The notes under the pieces were generated by a model, which was not told the origin of the DNA, searched no databases, and was given only the letters and a program-made list of their open reading frames with translations. 64,000 nt of DNA from contig CBFIBM010000001.1 of assembly GCA_965660855.1 (NCBI GenBank), positions 288,001 through 352,000 on the forward strand, written 5' to 3'. The stretch comes from an uncultured bacterium (GTDB lineage Bacteria; Fidelibacterota; Marinisomatia; Marinisomatales; UBA1611). The first letter of the stretch is position 1. The number at the start of each line of letters is the position of its first letter. Below, one piece after another: positions 1-9,953 of the stretch. Position numbers and translations under genes: made by a program.

Positions 1-13
1 TAAGATTACTATT

Positions 14-205
14 ATGGCAGCAACAGAATCACAAAGAGCAGAGTTGGAAGAATATTTAGAAACCATATTGGACTTGTATACAGAAGATGAATATGAAGAA
101 ATGGTCGAGAATATTATCTATCAGTATTGCAAACGAAAGTTTGGCTGGGATAGAGATTATTCAGTAAAGTTATTTTATGAAATTGCGAATGGCAAAATTA
201 ATTAA
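14..205 (+). CDS. small acidic hypothetical protein
   Basis: 63-aa ATG ORF rich in E/Y, co-oriented with the downstream gene; no family recognised. Confidence 0.55.
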   Translation: MAATESQRAELEEYLETILDLYTEDEYEEMVENIIYQYCKRKFGWDRDYSVKLFYEIANGKIN

Positions 206-1523
206 ATTGCTTTTCTCTTTTAATAGAAATTATCAACTGATAAAGTTTTCTTCATCAGTTTTAACCTTCTTTATTTTCTCTTCATATCTGAATGCTAGCA
301 AATTAGAGCTTGAGAAAGGGTTTTATGTTGGCTCTCTTTTAAACGATTCAATTGAAGTTGATGTTTCCGATAACAAAATTAACATAATATTTGAAGATAA
401 ATCTAAACTTATTTTTAAAAAATCTGGTGAGGAGAAGTTCTTATTGGAAATAATCAAAGATGAAGCATTACTTAATCTCAATGTCATTGATGAGCAAAAT
501 TTTCAAGTTAGTCAAAATAACCCATTTGAAGATTCATCTAATATTGTTCGCTATAAACTTTATAAAAAACCTGGAATATTAAACAAAATAATAGCAGCAT
601 TGGTTACAAGTGCACTTTTATTTTCTGTATTCCAATTTTATCTTAAACTAAATAAAGTTTGGAAAAGAAGAAAAATATTAGAGGTTGCTAATAGTATTTC
701 TATTGTTGCTTCCTTACTAGGTTTTGCTACTCTTGTTCCATTTTTATTAAACAGTATTCTTATCACAGCAGATTACCCATCTGCAGTCAAATATATTCTT
801 GGACTCATTCTTGCAATTGCATTTTCTCTAATTAGTATGGGGTATTTTGTAGAAGAAAACCGTGGAGTTGGTTTTTTAACCTTATTGGGAAGAGCCCTAA
901 AAACAGAAGGGAAAGAATCTGGTGACTTAATTTCAGATATGCTGAGACCAAAAGGTGCAACTAAAATCATTGATATATTAGTAAAACTTGCTGCTATTGA
1001 TGATGAAATCGCTCAAGAAGAAATTGATCTAATAAATCAATTTGCTTCAAAATGGGATATAAAAATTCCTGATCTAAAACCAGGTAAACCTGAAAAGGTA
1101 ACTAATCTTGTCGAATTAAAGTCTTTAGTACAATCTTATCTTAATGAGGGGCCGGATATTGAAGTTGCTGAAGGGTTGGTCGATCTAATTAATATGATGG
1201 CTGAAGCTGATGACGAGGTAACAAAAGAAGAAGCTATGGCAGTGGCTGAATTTACTGGAATGATTGCTCACTATGTTGGGTCAGAAAAAGGAGGGAGAAT
1301 GGATATGTATGAAGTAAATATCGTCCCTCAAGACGACAAGCAAATTGATGCTGTGAAAGAAATATTACCTGAATTAGAGGTTGTAGTTGATCGAGGTGGT
1401 AAGGTTTTTAAGATTGGAAAATATTTTTCTGAAGATTATGCTGAAGCTGTATGTGAAAAATATATAACCCTTGGTCTCTATTCGGTGACATCGAAAGTGA
1501 CTATCGATCTTAGTAATGAATAA
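177..1523 (+). CDS. membrane protein with TerB-like (tellurite-resistance/DjlA N-terminal-like) domain
   Basis: Signal-like N-terminus and about 3 hydrophobic helices, then two TerB-type motifs (LAAIDDEIAQEEIDLI, MAEADDEVTKEEAMAV); start codon uncertain. Confidence 0.6.
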   Translation: MKLRMAKLIKLLFSFNRNYQLIKFSSSVLTFFIFSSYLNASKLELEKGFYVGSLLNDSIEVDVSDNKINIIFEDKSKLIFKKSGEEKFLLEIIKDEALLNLNVIDEQNFQVSQNNPFEDSSNIVRYKLYKKPGILNKIIAALVTSALLFSVFQFYLKLNKVWKRRKILEVANSISIVASLLGFATLVPFLLNSILITADYPSAVKYILGLILAIAFSLISMGYFVEENRGVGFLTLLGRALKTEGKESGDLISDMLRPKGATKIIDILVKLAAIDDEIAQEEIDLINQFASKWDIKIPDLKPGKPEKVTNLVELKSLVQSYLNEGPDIEVAEGLVDLINMMAEADDEVTKEEAMAVAEFTGMIAHYVGSEKGGRMDMYEVNIVPQDDKQIDAVKEILPELEVVVDRGGKVFKIGKYFSEDYAEAVCEKYITLGLYSVTSKVTIDLSNE

Positions 1524-1564
1524 TGAACATTTAATTGCCACTTTTTTCTAATACTTAAAACATA

Positions 1565-1876
1565 ATGCTTTACTTTCTTCTTGGTATTTTAGCTCCTGTA
1601 TTTTTAAACCTCATACATTTAGTTGTTGGTATATATATTGTAGTAAAGCGTGGATCAATTATTTCTCTTGGCTTTACAGGAATAGGTTTTTTAACGAAAA
1701 CAATAGGTATGTTGTTTCTTACGTGGTTGGGGGTTGGTTACTTTAAGCTTGATTTTAGAATATTTGTTCCGCTTTTGTCTTTTTTCTGGTTTTTTACTCA
1801 TGTTGTTGAGGCATTTATAATTCAGCATTATATGAAAAAGAATGAAAGTAAGCTAATAAAATCTATCCAGATATAA
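1565..1876 (+). CDS. small integral membrane protein, hypothetical
   Basis: 103 aa with three hydrophobic segments. Confidence 0.65.
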   Translation: MLYFLLGILAPVFLNLIHLVVGIYIVVKRGSIISLGFTGIGFLTKTIGMLFLTWLGVGYFKLDFRIFVPLLSFFWFFTHVVEAFIIQHYMKKNESKLIKSIQI

Positions 1877-2077
1877 ATTTTTAAATTATAGCAATAAATT
1901 CATTTTTAATTATATAATAGCTGAAGCAGATATTATAAAGCTATTTATCTATCTCAAGGTTTAAAATATTTTCTTTATACTTTTAAAATACCTTCCCTTC
2001 TAGTTAGTATATTTATTAAATGTAAATAATAAGGTCTATTAGTGCTAAATTAATATCAAATACTCAGGATATATAAT

Positions 2078-3322
2078 TTGGACAAAAATACTAAATACGA
2101 TTTAGTGGTTTATGGAGCTACAGGTTTTACAGGTAGACTTATAGTTGATTACATTATAAAAGAGTATGGTATAACTAATGATGATTTTAGTTGGGCGATA
2201 GCAGGGAGAAATAAAAACTCACTGTTTAAAATAAGAAAATTATATGAGTCTTCTAATCCTGAATCAAAAAATATTCCGATTATTCATGCTGATTGTGAAG
2301 ATTTTGATTCTTTGGATCAAATGGCTTCTTCATGTAGTATTATTATTTCAACAGTAGGTCCTTACTTGAAGTATGGATCTTATCTAGTCGAATCATGTGT
2401 TAAAAATAAGACGCATTATTGTGATTTAACTGGCGAAGTCCCATTTATAAGACAATCAATTCTTAAAAATGATTCAGAAGCAAAATTAAGTCAAGTAAAA
2501 GTAGTGCATTGTTGTGGTTTTGATTCATTGCCTTCGGACATTGGTGTTCAGATGTTACAATTAAGTTCGAAAAACAAATTTGATTTACCTTGTAATAATG
2601 TTACAACTTATGCATCGGCCAGAGGAGGATTAAGCGGCGGAACATTTTCAAGTATGATTAATATTTTCAATTATATGCAATCTAATCCAGATTTAAAGCA
2701 TATTTTTAAAAATCCATATTGCCTTGAAATTAATGAAAATAAACCTATATCTATTTCCAGAAAGAGTTTAAAAAGTATCATTTGGAATAAAGAAGAAAAT
2801 GGATGGTTATGTCCATTTATTATGTCTGGGATTAATAGCAGGGTAGTTTATAAAACAAATTCAATTTCTGGATATCAATATGGAACTGATTTTACATATT
2901 CAGAGGTTTCATTTTTTAAGAGGGGAATCTCGGGTTTTTTAAATGCATTTAAACTTTATTTAAGTTTAATTATTATAAGAATTGGTATGAGTGTTCCTCT
3001 GTTATTATCCTTGCTTCATTTGTTTTATATTCCTAAACCTGGCAATGGACCTAGTAAAAAAATAATGGAAAATGGATATTTTAAAATGAGAATAAAAGGA
3101 TATACATCCAATAAAGATATTTCTCAAGTGACGGTATATGGAAATAGTGACCCAGGGTATTCTGCTACTGCTAAAATGATTACAGAGTCAGCTCTTTCAA
3201 TTTTATTAAATGGAGATAAGATTAATAAGTCCTATGGTGTTCTTACACCTGCTTCAGCAATAGGTCCAACAGTAATAAATCGATTAAAAACAAAAGGAAT
3301 AACTTTCACAATCGATATTTAA
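2078..3322 (+). CDS. saccharopine dehydrogenase-like / trans-acting enoyl reductase family oxidoreductase
   Basis: VVYGATGFTG Rossmann motif, AIAGRN, TVGPY, YCDLTGE, CGFDSLPSD, DPGY.ATAKM; TTG start. Confidence 0.88.
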   Translation: MDKNTKYDLVVYGATGFTGRLIVDYIIKEYGITNDDFSWAIAGRNKNSLFKIRKLYESSNPESKNIPIIHADCEDFDSLDQMASSCSIIISTVGPYLKYGSYLVESCVKNKTHYCDLTGEVPFIRQSILKNDSEAKLSQVKVVHCCGFDSLPSDIGVQMLQLSSKNKFDLPCNNVTTYASARGGLSGGTFSSMINIFNYMQSNPDLKHIFKNPYCLEINENKPISISRKSLKSIIWNKEENGWLCPFIMSGINSRVVYKTNSISGYQYGTDFTYSEVSFFKRGISGFLNAFKLYLSLIIIRIGMSVPLLLSLLHLFYIPKPGNGPSKKIMENGYFKMRIKGYTSNKDISQVTVYGNSDPGYSATAKMITESALSILLNGDKINKSYGVLTPASAIGPTVINRLKTKGITFTIDI

Positions 3323-3326
3323 TATT

Positions 3327-4757
3327 ATGATGAATTCCATTAGTATTTTTGAAATTTTTAAAATTGGTTTGGGACCATCGAGCTCTCATGCAATGGGTCC
3401 TTGGAATGCAGCAAAGGATTTTTTATATCAAATAAAACTTGATAAAAAGTCTTTAAAGTCAATAATAAATATAGATATAGTATTATATGGATCGTTGGCT
3501 AAGACGGGGTTTGGGCATGGAACAGATAAAGCTATAATGATGGGTTTATGTGGACATGATATTGAAAGATTTGATACTAGGGATTTAAATAATAATATTG
3601 AACAGATACAGAAATGTGGAAAAATAAATCTTTTAGGTGAACAAGAAATTCTATTTTCGCCAACTAAAAATATAATTTTCAATAAAAAAGATTCATCATA
3701 TGCTCATCCAAATATGATAAAATTTGAAGTACAATATTCTAATTCTACCACTTCATCGGAGACCTATTTTTCAATAGGTGGTGGATTCATTGAAAAAAAT
3801 AGTAAAAAGAATAATAAAGAAAAAGAAAAGGCTAAAATACCATACCCAGTTGAAACTGCATCAGACATGTTGCAATGGTGTGAATTAGAAAATAAAACTA
3901 TTGCTCAAATTTCTATAGAGAATGAATTAAAATGGAATAGTAAACTTGAAATTGACAACCGTATCGATCTTCTCTGGGAAATAATGCTATCCTCAATTTA
4001 TGAAGGATGCATTACCTCAGGAACCTTACCAGGTGGTTTGAATGTAGAGAGACGTGCGGCTAAACTTTGTTACGATTTATTGGGAACTAATGAGTTTAAT
4101 TCAAAACAAGAGTGGCTGGATATGATTCGCAATCAACCAAATGATATGGAAACGGTAATGAAATGGGTAAGTTGCTATGCACTAGCTGTAAATGAGGTGA
4201 ATGCTTCTTATGGTAAAATTGTAACTGCACCAACCAATGGCGCAGCTGGCGTTATTCCATCAGTTATACTTTATGATTATATTTTTAGAAAAAAGAATAA
4301 TCCAATAAATATAAGAGAATTTATTTTAGTAGCTGGTGAAATTGGGATGTTGTTTAAAAAAGGTGCGACTATTTCTGCAGCTGCTGGTGGATGCCAAGCA
4401 GAAATAGGGGTTTCAAGTGCAATGGCAGCGGGAGCACTGGCTAATTCTATGGGTGGAAATACTTATCAAGTATTAATGGCGGCTGAAATAGCAATGGAGC
4501 ATCATTTAGGATTGTCTTGTGATCCTATTGGTGGATTGGTTCAAATACCATGTATAGAGCGTAATACAATGGGTGCAATTAAAGCAATAACAGCAGCACA
4601 ATTATCATGTCATACAGATCCTAAAAATGCAAAAGTCTCTTTAGACGATGTTATTAAAACAATGTGGGAGACTTCAAAAGATATGTTGAGTAAATATAAA
4701 GAAACATCAGAAGGTGGACTTGCCTTGCAAATTTCAGTAAATCAGGCAGAATGTTAG
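3327..4757 (+). CDS. sdaA: L-serine ammonia-lyase, Fe-S dependent, single chain
   Basis: IGLGPSSSH, GHGTD, TAPTNGAAG, GGCQAEIG, LSCDPIGGLVQIPCIERN, YKETSEGGLA. Confidence 0.95.
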   Translation: MMNSISIFEIFKIGLGPSSSHAMGPWNAAKDFLYQIKLDKKSLKSIINIDIVLYGSLAKTGFGHGTDKAIMMGLCGHDIERFDTRDLNNNIEQIQKCGKINLLGEQEILFSPTKNIIFNKKDSSYAHPNMIKFEVQYSNSTTSSETYFSIGGGFIEKNSKKNNKEKEKAKIPYPVETASDMLQWCELENKTIAQISIENELKWNSKLEIDNRIDLLWEIMLSSIYEGCITSGTLPGGLNVERRAAKLCYDLLGTNEFNSKQEWLDMIRNQPNDMETVMKWVSCYALAVNEVNASYGKIVTAPTNGAAGVIPSVILYDYIFRKKNNPINIREFILVAGEIGMLFKKGATISAAAGGCQAEIGVSSAMAAGALANSMGGNTYQVLMAAEIAMEHHLGLSCDPIGGLVQIPCIERNTMGAIKAITAAQLSCHTDPKNAKVSLDDVIKTMWETSKDMLSKYKETSEGGLALQISVNQAEC

Positions 4758-4779
4758 TCTGATATTTTTTATCTAATCT

Positions 4780-6897
4780 TTGAAGATTAACTTAATAAAA
4801 TTAAGTATTTTACTTCTCCATTTGCTTGGTGCTCAAACAAAGCCTGTGAGTGGTTATGTAATAAATACATTGGGGAAGCCACTATCCAATGTTAATATTA
4901 CCTCAAACCCTTCAAAATCAGGTACTCAAACAGATCAAGATGGAAGATTCTATTTTTTAATTCCTGTTACGGATTCTCAATTACTATTTCAATATATTGG
5001 CTATGAAGATTCAAAAATAAATGTTGTTCTGTTTAAAAATAAATCGAAAATTATTTTGAAAGAAACAATAATAGAATTGGATTCTTTAGTTGTAGAAGAA
5101 AAAAAAATTAAACAATTCAATTCTGATAAAGAAAAAAATAGTGTTTTTTATATTGACTCAGAGGATTTGACAAAAAAAGGAGCAACTGATCTTGCAGATG
5201 GAATATACTTTGATCAATCTATCATACTAAATGAAACTATTACTGGTCAAAAAACAATATCTCTTCGCGGATCATCATCAAATGAACTTTCCATATTTTA
5301 TGATGGAATTCAAATAAATAGAATAGGCGATCCTATGATGGATTTATCAGTTTTCCCAACCTCAAGTATTAAAGGAATAGAAATTTTAAAAGGTTCTCAT
5401 GAAAGCGCAATATCATCCTCTGGGTCAATTAATCTTATTCCAAATGTAGTATTCGGAAATAACATTTCTTTAAAACAGCAATTTGGCACCTATGATTACG
5501 GTGGGTATGATGGGGTTGGCTCTTTATCATTTAGAAATATTTCTGCTAATTATGGTATATCTGAATCACAGTATTCACAATCATATACAGATACAACGAC
5601 TTCTGATATTAATACTTTAGTACAAAGGGATTATTTAAATGTCGGTTATAAAAATGGTGATAATTTGAATTTAAAACTTTTGACCTATAATCATAAAAAA
5701 TATTTTAATAATTACAGGAGTGAAGATTCGATAAGTTTTAAGTCGTATGCTTATATTTTTAAATTATCCCAATATAATTTATTACAAAGCAATATTTTTT
5801 TATATGGTATGTATCAAAATCAGGAAGGATTAGAAAACTTAAAGATACTCACTCGAAGTAAAGTTTCAGAAAATAGAGAATTTGGGTTTGAGCTTTTTAA
5901 AAAGATAAAAAATGCTGATATAAAAATTTCTTCTCAAGCTTCATTTCTAAAATTTGAATGGGATATTCCTGAAGGGAAAGTGGTAACTGAAAGACAGAAT
6001 TCAATTTTAACAGGGTCTTTTGAATTGAATAAACCAGATCAGGAAGATAAATTTATTTTAAAAGATTTAAAATTAGTTTTAAGTAATCATCGCATAACCG
6101 ATCAAACAGATACCTCGAAAAGCATAGAAATTCCATATCAATTTTGGGAAAATAATAATTTTCACTTCACGATGTCATTTATGAAAAAGACGGTTCAGAG
6201 GAGAATTTTCTATTACACAAACTTTACAACATCTTTTAGATCTCCAAGTTTGTATGAATCTTTAAGTAGTTATACAAATAACGTACTAAATACCACTGAA
6301 AAATTAGATCCGGAACAGAAATCAGCATTTGAATTAGGTTATAAAATAAATAGGAACCTTGAGGAGGGCGAAAGTTCTTATAATTTGAATACTTCTTTCT
6401 TTTTTTATAGTTATTTAAATAAAATGAAAAATATTATCATTTCAGGAACTCCATCTCAATTTATTGTTAACTCTGGTAAAGCAAAAATTTTTGGTTTTGA
6501 TGCAAAACTAAAATTAAATCCATCTGTTAATTGGATTGGGTTTCAATTTTTAATATCAAATTATTTTTACTCTGATCCATTATCTTTTCCATTGCAACCG
6601 GATAAGGTTTTTAAGAATATTATCACCTTAAATACGAAATGGATTAATATTGATCTAATAAATAGAAATGAGGGAAAGAAAGTATTGTCATCAATTTTAT
6701 CAGATGGAACCATTGTAGAAAATAGTCTGAAGCCAAATATAGGATTTGATTGTACTATCTTTAAAAAATTTAATTATAAGTTTTTAAAGTTTTCTATCAG
6801 TTTGAGTGGAAAAAATCTTTTATCCAAGGAAACATCAATCAGTGGAATATCTATTTATGATAAGAGATATTACTTTTCAATAAATGTTAAAATATAA
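4780..6897 (+). CDS. TonB-dependent receptor-like outer membrane protein with N-terminal carboxypeptidase-regulatory-like domain
   Basis: Signal peptide; GTQTDQDGRF..FQYIGY N-terminal domain; plug-like ISLRGSSSNELSIFYDGI..IEILKG; PSLYE and LDPEQ barrel motifs; C-terminal beta-strand RYYFSINVKI. Confidence 0.75.
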   Translation: MKINLIKLSILLLHLLGAQTKPVSGYVINTLGKPLSNVNITSNPSKSGTQTDQDGRFYFLIPVTDSQLLFQYIGYEDSKINVVLFKNKSKIILKETIIELDSLVVEEKKIKQFNSDKEKNSVFYIDSEDLTKKGATDLADGIYFDQSIILNETITGQKTISLRGSSSNELSIFYDGIQINRIGDPMMDLSVFPTSSIKGIEILKGSHESAISSSGSINLIPNVVFGNNISLKQQFGTYDYGGYDGVGSLSFRNISANYGISESQYSQSYTDTTTSDINTLVQRDYLNVGYKNGDNLNLKLLTYNHKKYFNNYRSEDSISFKSYAYIFKLSQYNLLQSNIFLYGMYQNQEGLENLKILTRSKVSENREFGFELFKKIKNADIKISSQASFLKFEWDIPEGKVVTERQNSILTGSFELNKPDQEDKFILKDLKLVLSNHRITDQTDTSKSIEIPYQFWENNNFHFTMSFMKKTVQRRIFYYTNFTTSFRSPSLYESLSSYTNNVLNTTEKLDPEQKSAFELGYKINRNLEEGESSYNLNTSFFFYSYLNKMKNIIISGTPSQFIVNSGKAKIFGFDAKLKLNPSVNWIGFQFLISNYFYSDPLSFPLQPDKVFKNIITLNTKWINIDLINRNEGKKVLSSILSDGTIVENSLKPNIGFDCTIFKKFNYKFLKFSISLSGKNLLSKETSISGISIYDKRYYFSINVKI

Positions 6898-7741
6898 AAT
6901 AGTAATATTTCTAAAAATTTTAATGACTTTTGGATGCACTAGTAATCCTTTTTGGGATGACTTTAATCGTAAGGATAACGTATTAAAAGGGCAGGTTATC
7001 ACAATTGGTTCGAATTTTCAACATCCAGTTTTAGTTTGGGATGATTATTCAATGCGTTTAAAAGAAACTGATAGTCTTGGTTTTTTTTCATTAGACCTCA
7101 ACAATATCTATGGTGATCTTCAATCTGTATCAGGACAATTAAAAATCTATTTTTATACTTTAAATTATAATTTAGACTCAGCGATAGTAATTCTTGCTGG
7201 GGGGTATCTATCTAAAAATCAATTAGACTTCAATCAGGATGGTGTTTTAACCAAAGTTATTGAGTTAAACAAAAAAATAAACGTTGAAATGAATTCTTTG
7301 AATAATGAATTAAATATTTATGATACAATCCGAATTCAGTATAATATAGAAGTCATTGAACCAATAACTATTAAATCTTACAAGTTTAGTGATCAATATA
7401 CTAGTAACGAATCTGGTTTGTTTTTTTCAAACCTTGAAACAAATAAGAGCACTAAATATAATCATTCAAGTTTAAATGAGGATGGTATTTTGATCGAACA
7501 TCAACTAAAATATACAGATTACAATGCCAAGGGTAATTATCAATGGAATTATTTAATTCCCTATGAGAATCTATCCCTTGAACCCGGTATTTATACCATA
7601 AAACCCTATTATGTAATTATTGATAAATTTTTAGATCGCTTCTATCCTAAAATGGATAAAGAAGTATATTCATTTGAATATGATGAAAGTTATTTGAATA
7701 TCCCCTCTGACATTAAAGCTGATACTATTATTATTAATTAA
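6884..7741 (+). CDS. hypothetical lipoprotein
   Basis: Lipobox-like MTFGC after a hydrophobic stretch; overlaps the TonB-dependent receptor stop. Confidence 0.6.
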   Translation: MLKYKIVIFLKILMTFGCTSNPFWDDFNRKDNVLKGQVITIGSNFQHPVLVWDDYSMRLKETDSLGFFSLDLNNIYGDLQSVSGQLKIYFYTLNYNLDSAIVILAGGYLSKNQLDFNQDGVLTKVIELNKKINVEMNSLNNELNIYDTIRIQYNIEVIEPITIKSYKFSDQYTSNESGLFFSNLETNKSTKYNHSSLNEDGILIEHQLKYTDYNAKGNYQWNYLIPYENLSLEPGIYTIKPYYVIIDKFLDRFYPKMDKEVYSFEYDESYLNIPSDIKADTIIIN

Positions 7742-7828
7742 AAAAATAGAAGATTTTAATTTCTAGAGTTAAAAAAGTTAAACTAACTTAAACAATAATA
7801 TTTTACAATTAATGGAGCATTTGATGCT

Positions 7829-8155
7829 ATGTCAAACAACGTACATGAGTTTAACGATACTAATTTTGAAACCGATGTTGAAAATTCTGATTTACCTGTT
7901 TTAATTGATTTTTGGGCTACATGGTGTGGTCCTTGTAAAGCAATCGCTCCTATCATTGAGGAAATTGCTGGTGATTTTGAAGGTAAAGTAAAAGTAGGCA
8001 AAGTTGATGTCGATAAAAATCAAAATACAGCCATGAAATTTGGCGTAAGAAGTATCCCTACACTTTTAGTTATTAAAAATGGGGAAGTAGTAAATCAATT
8101 AGTCGGTGCTGTTCCTAAAAGTAATATCACTGATATTTTAAATGAAGTTTTATAA
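7829..8155 (+). CDS. trxA: thioredoxin
   Basis: DFWATWCGPCK and SIPTL motifs. Confidence 0.97.
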   Translation: MSNNVHEFNDTNFETDVENSDLPVLIDFWATWCGPCKAIAPIIEEIAGDFEGKVKVGKVDVDKNQNTAMKFGVRSIPTLLVIKNGEVVNQLVGAVPKSNITDILNEVL

Positions 8156-8179
8156 ATAATACAATAAACATGAAGGACA

Positions 8180-9100
8180 ATGAAGCGAAAATCAATCATT
8201 ATTGGCTCTGGACCAGCCGGATTAACGGCAGCGATTTACTTAGCTAGAGCAAACTTAAATCCATTGGTATTTGAGGGTTCGCAACCAGGTGGACAATTGA
8301 CGATTACAACGGATGTCGAAAACTACCCAGGGTTTCCAGATGGAATAATGGGTCCAGACATGATGGATGAGTTTAGAAAACAAGCTAAAAAATTTGGAGC
8401 GGAATGTCAATATCAAACTGTTGATAAAGTCAATCTATCAGGTCCAACTTTTGAAGTATTTTCTAATGATCAAAAATATTTCGCTGAATCAATTATTATC
8501 TCTACAGGGGCCTCCGCTAGGCTACTAGGTCTTAAATCTGAATCTGAATTAATGGGAAATGGAGTTTCTGCGTGTGCTACTTGTGATGGCTTTTTTTTTA
8601 AAGATAAAGAAGTTATTGTAGTAGGTGGAGGGGATTCTGCAATGGAAGAAGCATCTTTTTTAACTAAATTTGCTTCAGAAGTGACAATAGTTCACAGAAG
8701 AGAAGAATTCAGAGCCTCCAAAATAATGGTAGACAGAGCTCTATCTAATCCTAAAATTAAAGTCTCCTATAATTCTTCTGTGAAAGATATTATAGGAACT
8801 AAAGAAGCAGGAGTTAACTCTGTTTTAATTGAAGATACAATTACAAAAAAGGTTACAGAAAAAAAATGTGATGGTATTTTTATGGCAATAGGACATATAC
8901 CCAATACACAACTTTTTGAAGGTGTTGTAGACTTAGATAATGCTGGATATATAATTACAAAGCCAGATTCTACACATACTAATATTGAAGGTGTATTTGC
9001 ATGCGGTGACGTTCAAGATCATACATATAGGCAAGCTGTAACTGCAGCGGGTTCTGGGTGTATGGCGGCTTTAGATGCAGAGAGGTGGTTAGAGACTTAA
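8180..9100 (+). CDS. trxB: thioredoxin-disulfide reductase
   Basis: [40 protein letters not shown]. Confidence 0.97.
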   Translation: MKRKSIIIGSGPAGLTAAIYLARANLNPLVFEGSQPGGQLTITTDVENYPGFPDGIMGPDMMDEFRKQAKKFGAECQYQTVDKVNLSGPTFEVFSNDQKYFAESIIISTGASARLLGLKSESELMGNGVSACATCDGFFFKDKEVIVVGGGDSAMEEASFLTKFASEVTIVHRREEFRASKIMVDRALSNPKIKVSYNSSVKDIIGTKEAGVNSVLIEDTITKKVTEKKCDGIFMAIGHIPNTQLFEGVVDLDNAGYIITKPDSTHTNIEGVFACGDVQDHTYRQAVTAAGSGCMAALDAERWLET

Positions 9101-9150
9101 TAATTTGATTTTTTCTTGTTCCTAATGGTTTAATACCTAAAGGTAAATAA

Positions 9151-9912
9151 ATGAATCAAACAAAAAGACTTATATTTAAGTTGAGAGGTTTAGAAAAGTC
9201 CCTTGGTAATGAAAACTTTTTGAAAATAAGTAAGTTGGAAGTACATCCTGGTACCATTTATGGTATTGTCGGTACTGTAGGAAGTGGTAAAACAACTTTA
9301 TTAAATATTTTATCTGGTGTTACTTCTCAAACTAGTGGTGCTATGCTCTATGATAATCATCCATATAAGAAAAATTGGTTTGGAAAGTTAAATCCAAATG
9401 ATGATGTTTATTATTCAAAAAATAATAAATTAATAAAATCTAATAAATCGGTTTCTTCTTTTATAAAAAAATACTTTAAAAAAAAGCAAAATACCCTTAA
9501 AAAACGTTATTTTAACGATGGTAGTTTCAAATCTTTATGGTCAAGAAAAATTAGTGATATTTCATCAGCAGAATTGAATTGGTTAGGTACTGTTTTAGCT
9601 TGTGAAGAAGATCCAAGAGTTATGCTCATCGATGATTATGGTATTTTTTTCAGTAGTGACATGGAAAAAGATTTTAGAAATAAAATTTTGAAAATGAATC
9701 GCACCCTTGGAACGACAATAATACTTAGCTCTCCCAGTGATCAGTTTTTAAAACATTTTGTTTCGGTTCTAGTCTATTTAGATCATGGACATATATCAAA
9801 AATAAGACCTGGAATTTCAAGAAAACCAAATCGAAATAATAGGAAAAATAGATCTAATAACTATATCAAAAATTCAAAGAATAAACGCGGACACAAAAAA
9901 AATAAACAGTAA
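9151..9912 (+). CDS. ABC-type ATP-binding protein, degenerate signature
   Basis: Walker A GTVGSGKTT; degenerate signature ISSAE; Walker B MLIDDY; basic C-terminal tail. Confidence 0.75.
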   Translation: MNQTKRLIFKLRGLEKSLGNENFLKISKLEVHPGTIYGIVGTVGSGKTTLLNILSGVTSQTSGAMLYDNHPYKKNWFGKLNPNDDVYYSKNNKLIKSNKSVSSFIKKYFKKKQNTLKKRYFNDGSFKSLWSRKISDISSAELNWLGTVLACEEDPRVMLIDDYGIFFSSDMEKDFRNKILKMNRTLGTTIILSSPSDQFLKHFVSVLVYLDHGHISKIRPGISRKPNRNNRKNRSNNYIKNSKNKRGHKKNKQ

Positions 9913-9953
9913 TTCTTATTTTGCTAATTATTAATAATGAAATTTAAAGATTT

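Noticed and set aside
1565..1876. AtpI-like assignment for the small membrane protein
   Set aside because: Only size and hydrophobicity fit, and no atp genes are nearby
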